Shown here piece by piece: positions 1 through 13,345 of a stretch of 64,000 bases of DNA. The notes under the pieces are model-generated. The model did no database searches. It saw only the letters and a list, made by a program, of their open reading frames with translations, and had not been told where the DNA came from. Origin of the DNA: Azolla caroliniana (taxonomy: Eukaryota > Plantae > Polypodiophyta); contig JBHGNT010000009.1 in assembly GCA_043228905.1 (NCBI GenBank), positions 248,001 to 312,000 of the forward strand, written 5' to 3'. A program made the position numbers and the translations under genes. Position 1 is the stretch's first letter, and the number at the start of each line of letters is the position of its first letter.

Positions 1-1820
1 GACAGCTGGCCAAGCAGCCCCTTTTGGGGTTTTGTGCTAGAAATGCAACCCAAATATTGGGGAAGTATGCAGAGTCTACATGCTGTTGGAATTATGAAAG
101 CATGGAAAGGAATCCAAAAGGGGATCACATGTAGGTGGAGAAGTGATGCATATACTCGAATGTACATGCTTCAAAAAGCATGTGGATGGGCTGATGATAG
201 GACAAAAAACAAACTTCAAAAGGGCAAACTTAATCAATGCCCACTAATTAGAGATGTGGATGGGCTGATGATAGGATAAAAAGCAAGCTTCAAATGGGCT
301 AACTCAATCAATGCCCAAGGGAATACATTAGTGGACTGGCAGAGATTTTTGTCTAATGATGTGGGCACTGGAAAGGCTAGAATATGGAGAATAAGCAAAG
401 GTAAAGGCATGCTCAAGAGAATTACAAATGCCATTGCATGCAACATGCATACTTTGGAAGAGGAAGATATAATTACCTCTGAAACTGCATGGACAGGACT
501 TATAGATGCTGATAATCGTGTAATTGGAATTAAGGGAGTGAAAGCAGAATCGAATGAAGCTTGCTACTACAAAATAGAGCACGAAATGGCAAGATGTGAA
601 CAACCAACCTATCAAATTGAAAGGCCGATTAGGCTTATTGCAAAAAATGGAAAGTGTATGATTATTGACCCTAAGCCAAGGGAGATCACACCGATGACAA
701 TGTGTTGGCCAATAGAATGACATTTGGATTAGCTATCATGGACCCTGCGATGTATTTCTGGAGAACTCAAGGACAAATTGAGAGGGCAAATATGGTTCAA
801 TTTTTCAGGTACAACACGAAAATTTGGAGGCAAATTATTCTAGAACAAGAACACAACAAGATTGTAGCACATAAATTTTGGATACAGGAAGGCACTAGTG
901 AAAGGAGACTAGATAAATTCTAGAAAATAATATGGCATGACAGTAATGACCGTAAGATAATGATGTGTTTATAGCTTATTGCGCATAAAGCCTTGCCGGT
1001 AGGGACGTGGGGTAAAGGCCCCAATGTAGACCCCAGATGTATTGCACGTGGACAGTTAGAAAACATTTCCCATTGTCTATGGGAATGTTGCGAGGCAACG
1101 ACTGTCTGGAAAAGGGCATTACATTTGCTTTGGTATGCCTCTAGTTCGTTCACCCTCAACTGGGGACATGCTTGTTGGAATTGTCTTGAGGATGATGTGG
1201 CGAAATATGATAGCACATGCAAAGCTATGTACAAAGGGGAGAATAGAATTGTTCAGCTGATCACTGACAATAGGGTACCGTAGTTATTACGTAGAAGCAA
1301 AACTTTTGAAGATCTATGGATGATGCTTGCACCCATTACCATATGGTGCATCCATGGACGACAAGGTGTACCAGGGTATTTTCAACAAACAAACACCCTC
1401 TAGTTGAATCAATTAAGTTAATATGGCACACAACAATAACTACATTGAGAGCTAAATATGAGTGGATTGATGGTACTAATGATGCTTCGGAATTAATGAG
1501 GTTGAATTTCAGAAAACATTGGTGTAATACACCGATGGCCACAACAAATGGAATGGATATACGATGGCAATATGTAGTACCCAATTGGTTATCCCCCCCT
1601 CCCATTAGTTGAAAGAGGGGTCTGAACGAGATGTCATGGGGGGTATTGAATGCAGGTGATGTGTATGAAAGTTTGGCTAGAGACCCATGCGAAAGTGTAA
1701 GATAAGTAAGTGAGTTCACTCATGAATGTTAGGATAGTTTAGGTAAGGCCTACCCGATAAAGGGATCTAAGTTGTGTATATTTTACTAATGGAGTATATT
1801 CTTTTTAGGTAGAAAAAAAA
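1..1820 (+). mobile_element. Degenerate 3' part of an L1-type LINE (ORF2 C-terminus with zf-RVT-like region), runs off the left edge
   Basis: Broken frames encode LIAHKALPVGTW...ISHCLWECC (zf-RVT-like), paralleling the L1 at 7.2-11.6 kb. Ends in ACTAATGGAG...GAAAAAAAA at about 1785-1820. Confidence 0.75.
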
Positions 1821-3274
1821 GACTTCATCCATAAGAAAAGAACATTTCAAATTCACTTTCATTGTTGTTGGTGGCATTGGACATCTCTTTAAGTTACTGA
1901 AGATTAAGTCCACTTTTACTCACAAAAACAAATCATTGCTAGTAGAGGTGATAACATTAGGTATCAAAGTCGCCAAAAAATGCAAACTTTTGTATTCCTA
2001 ACTTTTATATATAGACAAATGAAAGGTTGTCTATTCCTTTCTTCATTTTGACGATAAAATGATACTTGTTTGTAAACAAGAATATGTAAAATAATTGTGT
2101 GATTATTACTCTGTATACGCACATCGAATTCTTGGAACTATTGGTAGACTATAGGTTATACAAGTATGAGAAATAGGTTTGCTACAAAACAATGATAAAC
2201 ATCTGAAATGTTTCTTCGTTTTAGTTTTACCCCTTTTGTTATGAAAACCAATGTGGATGTTTGTACATTGAAACCTTGTGTTTTTATAAGCAAAATTGTG
2301 CTTGCCTTTTTATAGAAAACAAATTATGGAGAGTTTTTATGAAGTGGCCAACGTCACGACAAATCCAAAATCATTTTCAGTCCTTTTTGAGCACTTTGTT
2401 TTCCAGTTGGGCATAATGAGATGTCCTAATGTTGATTATACCAGAGAACGAAAACATGTTTTTACTTGTTCAAAGTTCTTTTGGTTTCTAGAAACTCAAA
2501 TGAATGCAAAAGAAAGTTCATTAGAAAAAAACTCCTTGCGATTGTTTGATAGACAAACAACCAATGTGATGTGAGGGCTTGAAATCACATCCTCAATAGC
2601 CAACTTACAAGTGTATTAATTCTTATATCATGATCGTAAAGAATGATGATGAGTTAAGGTATAACTTTACAAGTTAACATCATAGAGCTGCAAAATACCA
2701 AAGACCTCTCCATATGTATACATTGAATATTTAAAGTTTAAGTATATTATTCTATGTAAAGAAGCCAACATTACTTATTTATTAGACCAAAACAAATACA
2801 TTGTATATCTTGTTCACTTGTTCCTCAAATGTCTAAGATTAGCTAATATCTAGAATATTTCATATAAGAATCTCATAGAAGGCATAATAAAGAAATGATA
2901 TTGTTGAGTTAACAATGAGCTTCAAAAACTCCTTGTCAAAGTGTAGTTTAAACGAGACTTACATTAGCATTCATTTGATTTTAGATGTGTGATTGATAAA
3001 TAAACAATTTAAACCTTATAATATGGAAATAATGAGCGTAAGGGTTGTATACACTTGATATTTTAGGTGTTAGATGGAGACACCGTTGGAAACACAATGA
3101 CAACAATTTTGAAGTGGTTGAAATAATGAGAGAAAGGAGTGGAATTACGTTATGTGAGTAACTTGGCATTATGTAAAAACAAGAAAAACATTAAGCCAAA
3201 CTAATGTGAAATTCGTAGGTATGGGAGATTGGTTTTATTTATGGTGAATTCTAACAGAGCAATTATATGTATGT

Positions 3275-4204
3275 TTAGAGTTTGCTAGTGTTGTTGTCGA
3301 AGTTTTGGAAATGACCAGTACGATGGAGGTGGTGATGGATGTTGGTGACGATGGAACCTGGGACATTAGTCATGACGAGTTCGATGGTGTCTTCAAGGCC
3401 TCCGGTGATGGCAATGACATTGACGGGAGAGTGGAGGCGAACGGCATCGAGAACATAAGGGGAAGTGGCAAATCCAAAGTCAACCTCAGAAACACCTTCC
3501 CATAGCAATGTAAAAAGGAGCACTTGAGGTGGTGGTGCTCGCCTTGAGGTGCAATGCAACCGCCCAAATTCCTTTACACAACTCACAAAACTGTTGTCAT
3601 CAAGATGCACCTTGGCATGGTGGATTAGTTGCACAATTTTTGTCAAATCGGCTTGTAGTAGATTACCCACTTGCTCTGTCACCATGCAATTGAAAGCATA
3701 TTGTCCATAGAACGCTAGGTGGGTATCATGTGGCACGGGAGCTGGGAAAAAGAGTTCAACGTCCGTGGATGATGGCAAATTGAGGGCACGAACATGCTCA
3801 CGCCAAAAGAGAGCAACCAACGCCTCAAATTTGTTACATTTCACATTCACGGTGTCTTTGAGATTGATGAGCTCATCAATGCGGACAGATATATTAGCAA
3901 GCCCTAACATGGAGACATGCTCGTAACTAACAATAGGGGGAACCTCTAGATGTTTCAAATTTGTAGTCTCAATAACATTGAAGTGTGTCATTTCTAAGCT
4001 AGGGTAATGCAACTTGAGAGGCCATTGAGATGTTTTTGTGGGGATGATACCACCCCAAATGGGAGTTGCCAAAACTGAATAATTCTTATCAAATTTTGTT
4101 AGCTCTGACCATGCATGTAGAAAATGCAACATGCCCGCGGCATCACACAATGCTTGAAGGACACGGATATTGACCACACAACCTCCACATGTGAGTGTGG
4201 TTAC
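3275..4204 (-). CDS. BAHD acyltransferase-like protein, exon 2 (spliced product about 467 aa)
   Basis: AG acceptor at 4206-4205; the exon reads VTTLTCGGCVVNIRVLQALCDAAG...EVDFGFATS (DFGWG-like). Open to TAA at 3275. HxxxD reads QALCD. Confidence 0.85.
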   Translation of the reverse strand, partial: VTTLTCGGCVVNIRVLQALCDAAGMLHFLHAWSELTKFDKNYSVLATPIWGGIIPTKTSQWPLKLHYPSLEMTHFNVIETTNLKHLEVPPIVSYEHVSMLGLANISVRIDELINLKDTVNVKCNKFEALVALFWREHVRALNLPSSTDVELFFPAPVPHDTHLAFYGQYAFNCMVTEQVGNLLQADLTKIVQLIHHAKVHLDDNSFVSCVKEFGRLHCTSRRAPPPQVLLFTLLWEGVSEVDFGFATSPYVLDAVRLHSPVNVIAITGGLEDTIELVMTNVPGSIVTNIHHHLHRTGHFQNFDNNTSKL

Positions 4205-4363
4205 CTAGATATGCAATTATTCCTTGGGTTAATAGGTAGAACTTAAATATATTAACTGATTTTTACCAAGGGTAGAATAAAACTTCCTTTTAAGTAGTTA
4301 ATAGGTTGTCTTACTATCTTTAGATCGAGAAACAGACCATTAAAGAGGAAAATAAGCATATAC

Positions 4364-4837
4364 CTGGACTATCAAAGGAGGAATTTCCAATGAGGCATGA
4401 GGCACAAAATCATATTGGAGATCAGACCAATAGACTTTATCTAGCTTCTTGAGTTCAGCAAGGGAGATGTTGGCTTGGGCATCCACATAAATAGCACCTT
4501 GGGCATTACATGCAAGTTGGAGTTGAGTGGGGGTAGGACCTGGACGAAGTCTGCCAGCCAATGGGTAGTAAGCAACCAAAACCCTCTCTAATGATCGAGC
4601 TAGCCCATGAGATGTTGGTAAATGACCCACCTTCGAATATTGTTCATGAATTGGTTGACTTGCCTCGAAGAGCAACATGTGTGAACTCAAAACACTACCA
4701 AATGCCATACATGCATTCTCCGTAGATATATGCAATACATTATTTGGTGTCTCTAAAGCTGGCACAACTAACCTCGGTGCCTTCCTCACCACCACCAAAA
4801 GATTAATAGGCTCAAATGGATTGTTGTAATGTTCCAT
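4364..4837 (-). CDS. BAHD acyltransferase-like protein, exon 1
   Basis: ATG at 4837. Motifs YYPLAGRL, CNAQGAIYVDA and PPLIVQ. GT donor at 4363-4362 right after the Q codon (phase 0), the conserved BAHD 'Q' intron position. Confidence 0.85.
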
Positions 4838-5884
4838 GCCTTGATTAGGGCTATCAATTCAAGCCCTTATTGTATTCAACTTGCTATGTCCCTTTTTGTG
4901 TTTCTCCTTTCAAGAGTAACTTATATTGATCACCTTCCTATCCCTTCCCTTAGTCACTTTATATTCTTCCAAACTTCTTCTCTTGAATGCCCTTTCACAA
5001 GGCCCTCTCTTGCCTTCTATATTAACTTCTTGAATATATGCTTTACTTTTGATTATAGAAAGAGGCACTCTCTTTTACCACATTTACAAGACACTTCTCC
5101 TATCCTTACAAGTGCAAACTCTAAATGTGAGGTGAAAACCCACGAAAAAATGACAACAAATGTACAAAGTGGGGAGTACACACTAAAGTTCTTAGCAACA
5201 CTCAAAGTAAAGAATGTAGGTTTGAAGTGAGACATCCATAAGTTGTATACAATTTGAATAGAAGTTGTTTTGAGGGATTGCTTAAAGAAGCTAAATTCCT
5301 AATATTGTTTTTTACAACTCCATAGACATGTACCTATGCACATTGGTTTATATTTTTCATGAGATGAAAATTTTCTCACACTCATACCTACAACAATATT
5401 CCTAATACATAACTTTATGTCATAGGCTTTCACATAAACTAATAATAATTCAATTCATAATAATTTAAACTAAGACCACACCTTCATAAACCCCAAATGT
5501 ATGTGTGAGTTGTATATGTAGTTTAAAGTATGCCCTTGATATAAACTAAAGATTAGTATTTACAAAGGTATGTGCATGTTTTTAAAAATAAAAGAAAAAA
5601 AATGCATACCCAAAGGTTATAATACTATTTACTCTATTAACAAGGTATTTTGGAAATCTATCTATGGGCAAAACATTCATGCAATGTCATCTTAGGCTCT
5701 TTCCTTCTCTACTCAATGTTGGTAATGTTGCTTGTATTACAAATATCCCAACCCTAGGGGATCAATATAACTTCGTTTTATATTCCTCCTTTGCGTATGA
5801 AAAGGCAAGTACGCTTTGCTTCTCTTGAACCATACCTAATCCCTTCAAAATCACGTTAAAATCTATAGAAAGAATGGAATTTCA

Positions 5885-6125
5885 GCACCCACCTCTATGT
5901 TTGGTACCCATGTGAAGAGATTGGAGGGTGTCTTTGCTAAATGTGGGTTGTGTGAGGCTCATGTTGTGGGGATTTTGTCGAGTATTTCTGTGTTGAGGCT
6001 TTGTTGCTTCATTTATACATGTTGTTTTCTTGTAGCCATGCAAAGTGGCTTGTAACATATGAGTTGTATATTATGTTATGTACTTTTTCTTAACTAATGG
6101 AAGTAGAAATGTTTTTTTAGAAAAA
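5885..6125 (+). mobile_element. Severely 5'-truncated L1 3' end (about 240 bp) with target-site duplication
   Basis: TSD AAAGAATGGAATTTCA at 5869-5884 and 6126-6141, A-tail, and strong similarity to 48515-48720. Confidence 0.8.
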
Positions 6126-7299
6126 AAAGAATGGAATTTCAAGGCTTAAAATTTGTTGGCATTACCCCAAATATTTGTTTACACCCACTCCATGGCAAAT
6201 GTGTTAAAAATCGTTGGGAAGAAGACATTTTTCTAGCATGCATTGCATTGTGTGTTGCTTTAATGGTAGTTAACGCATTAGAATTCCGTGCAAGCATTAT
6301 ATCTTGTTTATTCATCTCCCTAATGATACTAATGGTGTCCTACATATTAATATCGCAAGTGGTCTATGCAATGATTTTGTATGAAATGTTTTTACTTTTC
6401 ATCACTTGTGACACATGCCATTATGAATTATGAATAAACGTTATATAGATAATTTTTTGCAGTATTGTGATGTGGTGTTACTATGATCCACCTAATTGCC
6501 CTACCTAGATTTGTGCCACCTTTTAGTAGCCACCCAAGATTAGCAAGCATACCAACCTTGGTAGCCAAACTAACCCAAAAGGGTACCTCTGTATGAGCTA
6601 TAAATTAAGTAGGAAGGAATAAACAAGACAGACTGGTTCTTGTCCTCTCTATGTGCATTTCACAATAAAATAAAATTTGTCATGCACTGCTTGACATGTG
6701 CTTTATGATTACATGCAAATTACTATCTATGAAAAGGTCATCCCTTTTCGTAAAATCCGCATACAAAGTTGTGCTAACATTGCCTATCGAAAGGAAATGC
6801 TATCATTCTCAATCTTTGTAGGCTCACATTGCCAACAATTTTGTGTGACCTCATACTTTTTGTTGTAATAAAGCACATCAAGATTTTGTACTAAAATAAT
6901 GATCTCTAACCATCTAGCAAGTATATATTGAAATCTTGAGCAATTCATACTGTAGGAATTGATGACTTATCATGTGAGATAATCTATGGTGATAGCCAGA
7001 TGGACCCCAAACAATACCTCACTTGTAATAACTAATGTTTAGAAATTACACATATTAAATCAGAATGATAAGGGACAAACCCACTAGGAGTTTATACACT
7101 CACATGCGGTGATCTTAGGGGAAGACTTTGTCATACCCTAAGTTTCCCCACATGTCCTTCATTTTTCATTATTTTCCCAAATGCCCTTAGACAAGCTTTG
7201 GAAGAGTAAATATGCTAGTTTGTTTTTTTTTTTCCAAAAAGAAAACTCCTTCCATTAGTTATAAAATTTTGCAAATGAGACGATTATGTACAAATCCCC

Positions 7300-10200
7300 G
7301 AAGGGACGCGATAGTTCCATCTTATGTGGATGCCCACTGACTCAAGAAAGGGAGAGGATGACCATTGTTGGATGAAGGCTATTCGTTGTCTTTCAAGTCT
7401 CTCGGATCCGCCCTAAAGGCCATCATATTGGCTCTTTAGAGTGACGACAATTTCACTCCATATCTCTTGCAGTAACCTTGTTGGATGTGTGGTTTGGTTG
7501 GAGAAGACTTGCCTACATCGTTGTTTCCATAGAATCCAAAGATTTATTGGGCTTACCAATTCCAACACCTCTTGAGATTTGTCATTAAGAGGAGTGGAGT
7601 GGACATTGCCGCTGGTGGAGAAAAAGACCTCTTGTGCTTTTATCACCAAAGTCATCCCCTCCTCCTAATGCTCATATCTGCCAATTGCGGCCTGCCATGA
7701 TAGCCAACATATATTTCCCCACTTGATTGAGCCTTTCACCTGGCATAATTGCAACAAGCAGCCAACCCCCCGCCATATTCGATGGGACGTTGGGCAGTCC
7801 CACAGAGCGTGTCGTATTGATTCTATTGCATGTGGGCACTCTACACAATTAGGAGAGCTAAGGTTCCCACGTTGCCATGCTCCCACCGGTAGGGACTTAT
7901 GTATTAATAGCCATTGGAATGTGGTAATTCGCCTCGCGTGTTGTTGTTTCCAGATTTTCTGCCAAAACTTGGTGATTATTGTGGGAGGAACTTGAAATGT
8001 GTGCCAAACCTTCGCAGTAGCCGGATCTCGAGTGGTTTGAGCAGCTAGAATGTGGCGACCCAATCTAGTTGTGAATTGGAAGAAAGTGATGGGTTTGCTT
8101 CCTTGCCCCGCGTAGGGCTCACGCCATGTCCATTGCAAAGGGCCCCAACTGACCTTACGTAGTCATGTGTTTTCATGAGTACATATGTGCCAATCGGGTT
8201 GCACTTTGATCGGAACAGGATCTACAATCCATTTATGACTAGTATACGCGAGTACTCGAATTGCGTTATTCTGTGTTGGTGTCTCAGTGTCTCGCAATTC
8301 AGAGCCTTCGAGTCTGTCTGGTGGTCCCCTACCTCTCGGGATCTGAGATCCCTCCTCCTCGTGGCCTATCCATTTCTCCATTGTCGTCCTTTGAGTAGCG
8401 GATTCCCTGATCAGTCGAGCGTTAATGATTTCCGATCTCATAGTCCAACCGCCCCTGATTCCATGGAGTATGTTCGCCTGATCTTGTAGTGGTAGTGCCA
8501 TAAACTATCGCCAGCATTCTATACTTTTCCTGGACCTTCTGCAATATATCCCCATGACAACCCCGTACGTGATCCCAGTAGTTGATTAGATTCATCCTTG
8601 ATACATGGGTTCCATAGGATACATTGAATGAGCCAGGCAGGTTCGGATCTCGGTTGATCACACTTGAGCCCTTGACGAATGTCACACCATGCCTTCCACA
8701 TGGATGCATTGAATCTATCCTCTAATTGGCGGGAGAAACTAGGTTTGAGATCCATGTTTAGAATCCATCCCATTTGGGGGGCCCAATTGACCCCTTTTCG
8801 TGGCCTAAAGTAAGCGAAACGTAACCTTAGTAGCATTTTCCAACAATCATTTCCTGGTTGGAGTCCTCGCACCACAAATTTGGCAAGTAGGGCTTTCGAT
8901 TGTGAAAGGGGATCAATAAGACCCAATCCCCCTCTCGACTTAGGTGTTGTGAGTATAGGCCACACCACCTTGGCGTGAGCTACATGGTCTTCCTTACCAA
9001 ACCAAATGTAGTTGCGGACCAGTCGTTGAATCTTATGTATACTTTCCTTGGAGATTGTCCAGCATGATAGACTGTACCATGTTGTTGTGTGTAGTACCTG
9101 ATTTGCCACTATGATGCGACCCGCTAGCGACAGTTTTTTCGAGCTCCAATGTATCAACTTTTGTCGAATGGAATGGATAACGGGTGCAATCATAGTCTCT
9201 GGCGGTATGTTGAAACCAATTTGGAAACCCAAATATTTGGTGCTCATTCCTTTATTGATCCATTTGAAAGCGGGATGTGGGTGCCACGTCGGATGTGTTT
9301 CCTAAGAGAGCCATATTGCACAGGATTTGTGCAAATTGATCATGGCATTGGATCTCTTGCAAAATACAGCTAGCCCACTTTTTAGCTTTTGGAGGTTTTC
9401 CAAGTCCCCTTGTATGTAGACTATTGTGTCATTTGCAAATTCTATATCCATGATGCTTTGGTGAGAATGAGGTACGGGAAGATCACGTAGGTTGAGATGT
9501 CGTGAGTTGAGAAAGCAAGAGAGTGCTTCGGCATATAATAGGAATAAGGATGGAGCTAGTGGGCATCCCTACCGTACAGATGGGGATATTCGGAAAAAGG
9601 GGCCCCTTTCACCTGTCAGTGAAATGCAATTGCTGCCATTCCTATAAAGTCCTGCAATGCCTTTGATCCATGTCTCTTAAAAGTCGAGTTTCCCCATCAC
9701 ACTTTCTAGAAAGTTCCAACATACCCTGTCATATGCTTTCTCAAAATCTAGTAGCACCACCGCTACCTTGTTGTTGGTATGCTTGGCAAGGGCTACTGCT
9801 TCCCAGAATGAGAAGAGGTTATCTAGGATGCTCCGATTTCTAACGAAACCTGTCTGGCATGGATGAATGAGTTGAGGGAGAAGTGGTGTTAAACGACGTG
9901 CCACGATTTTTGCGAGCAACTTATAGATAGTATTGAGAAGAGTTATGGGCCGCCACTTGCTAATGTCGTTGGCATGCCCACCACTTTTAGGAATGAGATG
10001 TATCATCCCCTGTCCAAATTCCTCTGGCATGCTTCCAGAGGTGATGATCTCCTCATATGTCTGGAGTAGGTCTTCTTTAATAGTGTCCCAAAGGCATGTG
10101 AAAAAGTGCGGGGTGAGGCCGTCAATTCCGAGGCAACTATCGGCCTCTAAATCAGTGAGGGCCTCCCATATCTCGATGATTGATAGGGGACGCACGAGCC

Positions 10201-11570
10201 ATGTATTCATTTCCGGCGTGACTTTCTCGGGTATGCTTTGGAGGATAATATCTTCTCTTATTTCTTCCCATGTAGCTATAATGTCTTCGGTAAGTAGGCA
10301 GTTATAATAACTTGTGGCAATATTCCTCATTTCGTCACCATCCTCAGTGGTCGTTCCATCCTCTCGGTTGAGGCTGTGCATCACAGTTCTAGTGTGCCTC
10401 GGGCTTTTGGAGCGGAAGAATTCCTTCGTGGTTTTGTCCCCTACTTGAATCCATCGTGCCATGCTTCCATGAAACTCCATGTCATATATTTCCTTTTCCA
10501 CCATGCTAAGTTCATGTTTGGCCGTGGCAACTTGTCCTGTGATCCAAATACATGACGGGTATCTCTGTTGGAGTCGTTGTAAGGCTATTAGTCCCCGTTT
10601 TGTCCTCTATCGCTTCTCTTGAGCATCCTTGCTTCTGGTCTTGACAATCTCATGTAGGAGAGTAGAAGCTCTTGTTAATTTAGCTAGAAGTTTGTCAGAT
10701 ACTGATGAGCCATTAACGGGTAATGACCATTGGTTGGATAGTTGGTCCTTCATGACTATAAGTGTGTAAATAGTGTGTGGGATGCAAGTCTGGAATGGGC
10801 CCCATTTTTGGTGCAATTGAAAATTACCAGCTATCGGGTAATGGTCAAAGAAAGTCGTGCCTGGAGTTATGCGACACCACCCTCCCTTCGCTTCTAGAGC
10901 CTCCCCCACATAAATGCGGTCAATGCGAGATAGGGTGGGTCCATTATTCCACCCGTCTGATCGGGAGAATAGGAGAGAATCCCTTTTTCGTTGGAAGTTG
11001 TTAGAATGCCAAATGTTTAGGTGGACACATAACTTCTCCCATTGTTTACGTTCCCTTCTTTGTAGAACTATGGGGTTGTTGTTGGAGCTATCGTGAATGG
11101 ATTCGATCATATTAAAATCCCCTCCAATGCACCGCTCTTCTGCACCCGCTACTTGTAGGCGGATGCGGTCCCAGAATGTTGCCCTTTCTGTTCAACTATT
11201 TGGAGCATAAACATTCATGAAGTTCCATCGTTGTCCTTGGATGGCCAACTTGCAAAAATGTGCCCTACCGGGTATAAGTGATTCCTGGTGTATTAAGCCT
11301 TGGGTTAGATGTTCCCAAATCAATGTGCAAATACCACCATGATTTCCATCCTCCCCAATTGCTGACTCCCAAATCGTTCGCCATGAACCTAGTAGAAGGT
11401 CTCCGACTTCCTTTAACTGCGTGCTATTGAGGTGGTGTTCCTGCAACATGATGATGTTAGCACCACTCCCTAGTAAATATTCTTCAAGATCCCTTCTCTA
11501 TTTCCATCTGTTTTGTTGGTCTAGTCTACTTTTGAGCCCTTGCACGTTCCATGTTATAATCTTTATACTC
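7300..11570 (-). pseudogene. L1 ORF2 (endonuclease-RT-zf) with multiple stops and frameshifts
   Basis: Fragments 11192-11449, 10607-11110, 9677-10504, 8519-9247, 7665-8138 and 7413-7655 are consecutive pieces of a plant L1 ORF2. Confidence 0.9.
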
Positions 11571-12384
11571 ATGGAATGGGGTGGGAGATTGCCAGTTGTT
11601 CCTGGTGCTTTATACAACAGGTCGTGAGTGGGGAGCACTCACCATTTAGACATCCAGTCATTTCCAGGGGTGGAATAGTGATCCACATCCATGAGTGGAG
11701 TTTGTGGGCTATCATGTGGGCTTCAATCGCCCCTTCATGCTTCTCATAGAAAAAGAAAAAGCTTGGAGTTAGTTGGGCGTCTATGATAGTCCGCAAGTGG
11801 ATGTGGCGAAGATGAGGTTCCTCTTCATCCATGGTGCACTAGAATTCAGTGTTATGCCAATGCTGCTTTAGTTCGTTCATGAGCTCTTCATCTCTTATTT
11901 TTGCTCCAAAGCATGCTACTTGGCTACATAACGTATCTCTAATCTTGGATTTCGACCAATATTCCTGTGTCGGAAGCAAGAGTGGAAAGGAGATTAAGGT
12001 CATCGGAACTCCGTTATTGTGTACCGCTAATACATGTACCCTTATTTTTTCCACTGTCTTGAGCCCTATACCTAACCATTTCAAGGCGTTTTGCGGGGGT
12101 GGTTCAAGGTCTAGGCTAGAGGAAGCACACTCATTTGTGTTGGGATATCGGTCCCTCCGGATGGGATGACCGGAGATGAATGACGGCAAACCCGGTTACG
12201 GAACCGGATGATGAAGACCCGGTTACGGAACCGGATGATGAAGACCCGGTTACGGAACCAGATGATGAAGACCCCGGTTACGGAGCCGGATGACGAATGT
12301 ACCCGGAGAGAGATCCGGATGCGGGGACATATCTGTGAATATGTTTGTCAAGAGCCCTTGAGGCTATATTTGTAAATAGCCCGA

Positions 12385-12410
12385 AAGTCATATGTGTATA
12401 AATATGACTT
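12385..12410 (+). promoter_or_regulatory. LTR TATA box embedded in an inverted repeat
   Basis: AAGTCATAT-GTGTATAA-ATATGACTT. Present in all four copia LTRs and, slightly varied, in the solo LTR at about 62906-62931. Confidence 0.65.
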
Positions 12411-12582
12411 AGGGCAAACAGTTTATGTTGCTACTCATTTTTTTCTGTTTTTCCACTCAAGAGGAGTGAAGAGAGAGCAGCCGTGAGAGAGATAGAGCGT
12501 GAGAGAGGAAGAGGTCGACGCCTCTGTTTTTCGGTCCCTCCGGATGGGATGTCCGGAGATGAATGACGGCAAGCCCGGTTGC

Positions 12583-12830
12583 GGTTACGGAGCCGGATGA
12601 AGAAGACCCCGGCTACGGAGCCGGATGATGAAGACCCCGGCTACGGAGCCGGATGAAGAAGACCCCGGCTACGGAGCCGGATGATGAAGACCCCGGCTAC
12701 GGAGCCGGATGATGAAGACCCCGGCTACGGAGCCGGATGAAGAAGACCCCGGCTACGGAGCCGGATGATGAAGACCCCGGCTACGGAGCCGGATGATGAA
12801 GACCCCGGCTACGGAGCCGGATGAAGAATG
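12583..12830 (+). repeat. 28-bp tandem array in U3 of copia B 5' LTR (8 full units plus 1 partial; mirrored at about 17492-17739)
   Basis: Unit GGCTACGGAGCCGGATGA(A/T)GAAGACCCC read directly. Confidence 0.95.
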
Positions 12831-13007
12831 TACCCGGAAAGAAATCCGGATGCGGGGACATATTTATGAATATGTTTGCCAAGGGTCCTTGAGGCCATAT
12901 TTGTAAATAGCCCGAAAGTCATATGTGTATAAATATGACTTAGGGCAAACAGTTTTTGTTGCTACTCATTTTTCTGTTTTTCCACTCAGAGAGAGTGAAG
13001 AGAGCAG

Positions 13008-13044
<37 letters not shown>

Positions 13045-13317
13045 GAAGAGGTCGTTGCCTCTGTGTATTACCGCCGCCTGTGGCGAAGACAGTGAGCTCA
13101 AGGTTGTTGCCTTGAAGCTTCACCATTGTACATCTCTGTTCATAGTGATAGTTGGAGTTTGAGGACTCCCGTGGTTTTTCCCGTACAGGGTTTTCCACGT
13201 TAATCCCTGTGTCATCGTGTCTTTCTCTGTGTTTCCTATTTTCTGCTGCATTGATTCGCGATTTCTCGGTTGTGGCCGAGTGGCGAAGGAGAATCGGAGC
13301 GTTGATTCGCAACAAAG

Positions 13318-13329
13318 TGGTATCAGAGC
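13318..13329 (+). other. Primer-binding site (tRNA-iMet) of copia B
   Basis: TGGTATCAGAGC 3 nt after the LTR-terminal CA. Confidence 0.95.
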
Positions 13330-13345
13330 GACGGCAGTGCAGAAA

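Noticed and set aside
12583-12830. Regularly spaced 28-bp repeats (also 40-bp at 62600-62810) as a CRISPR-like array
   Set aside because: Head-to-tail units with no unique spacers, inside LTR U3 regions of a eukaryotic retrotransposon; no cas genes.
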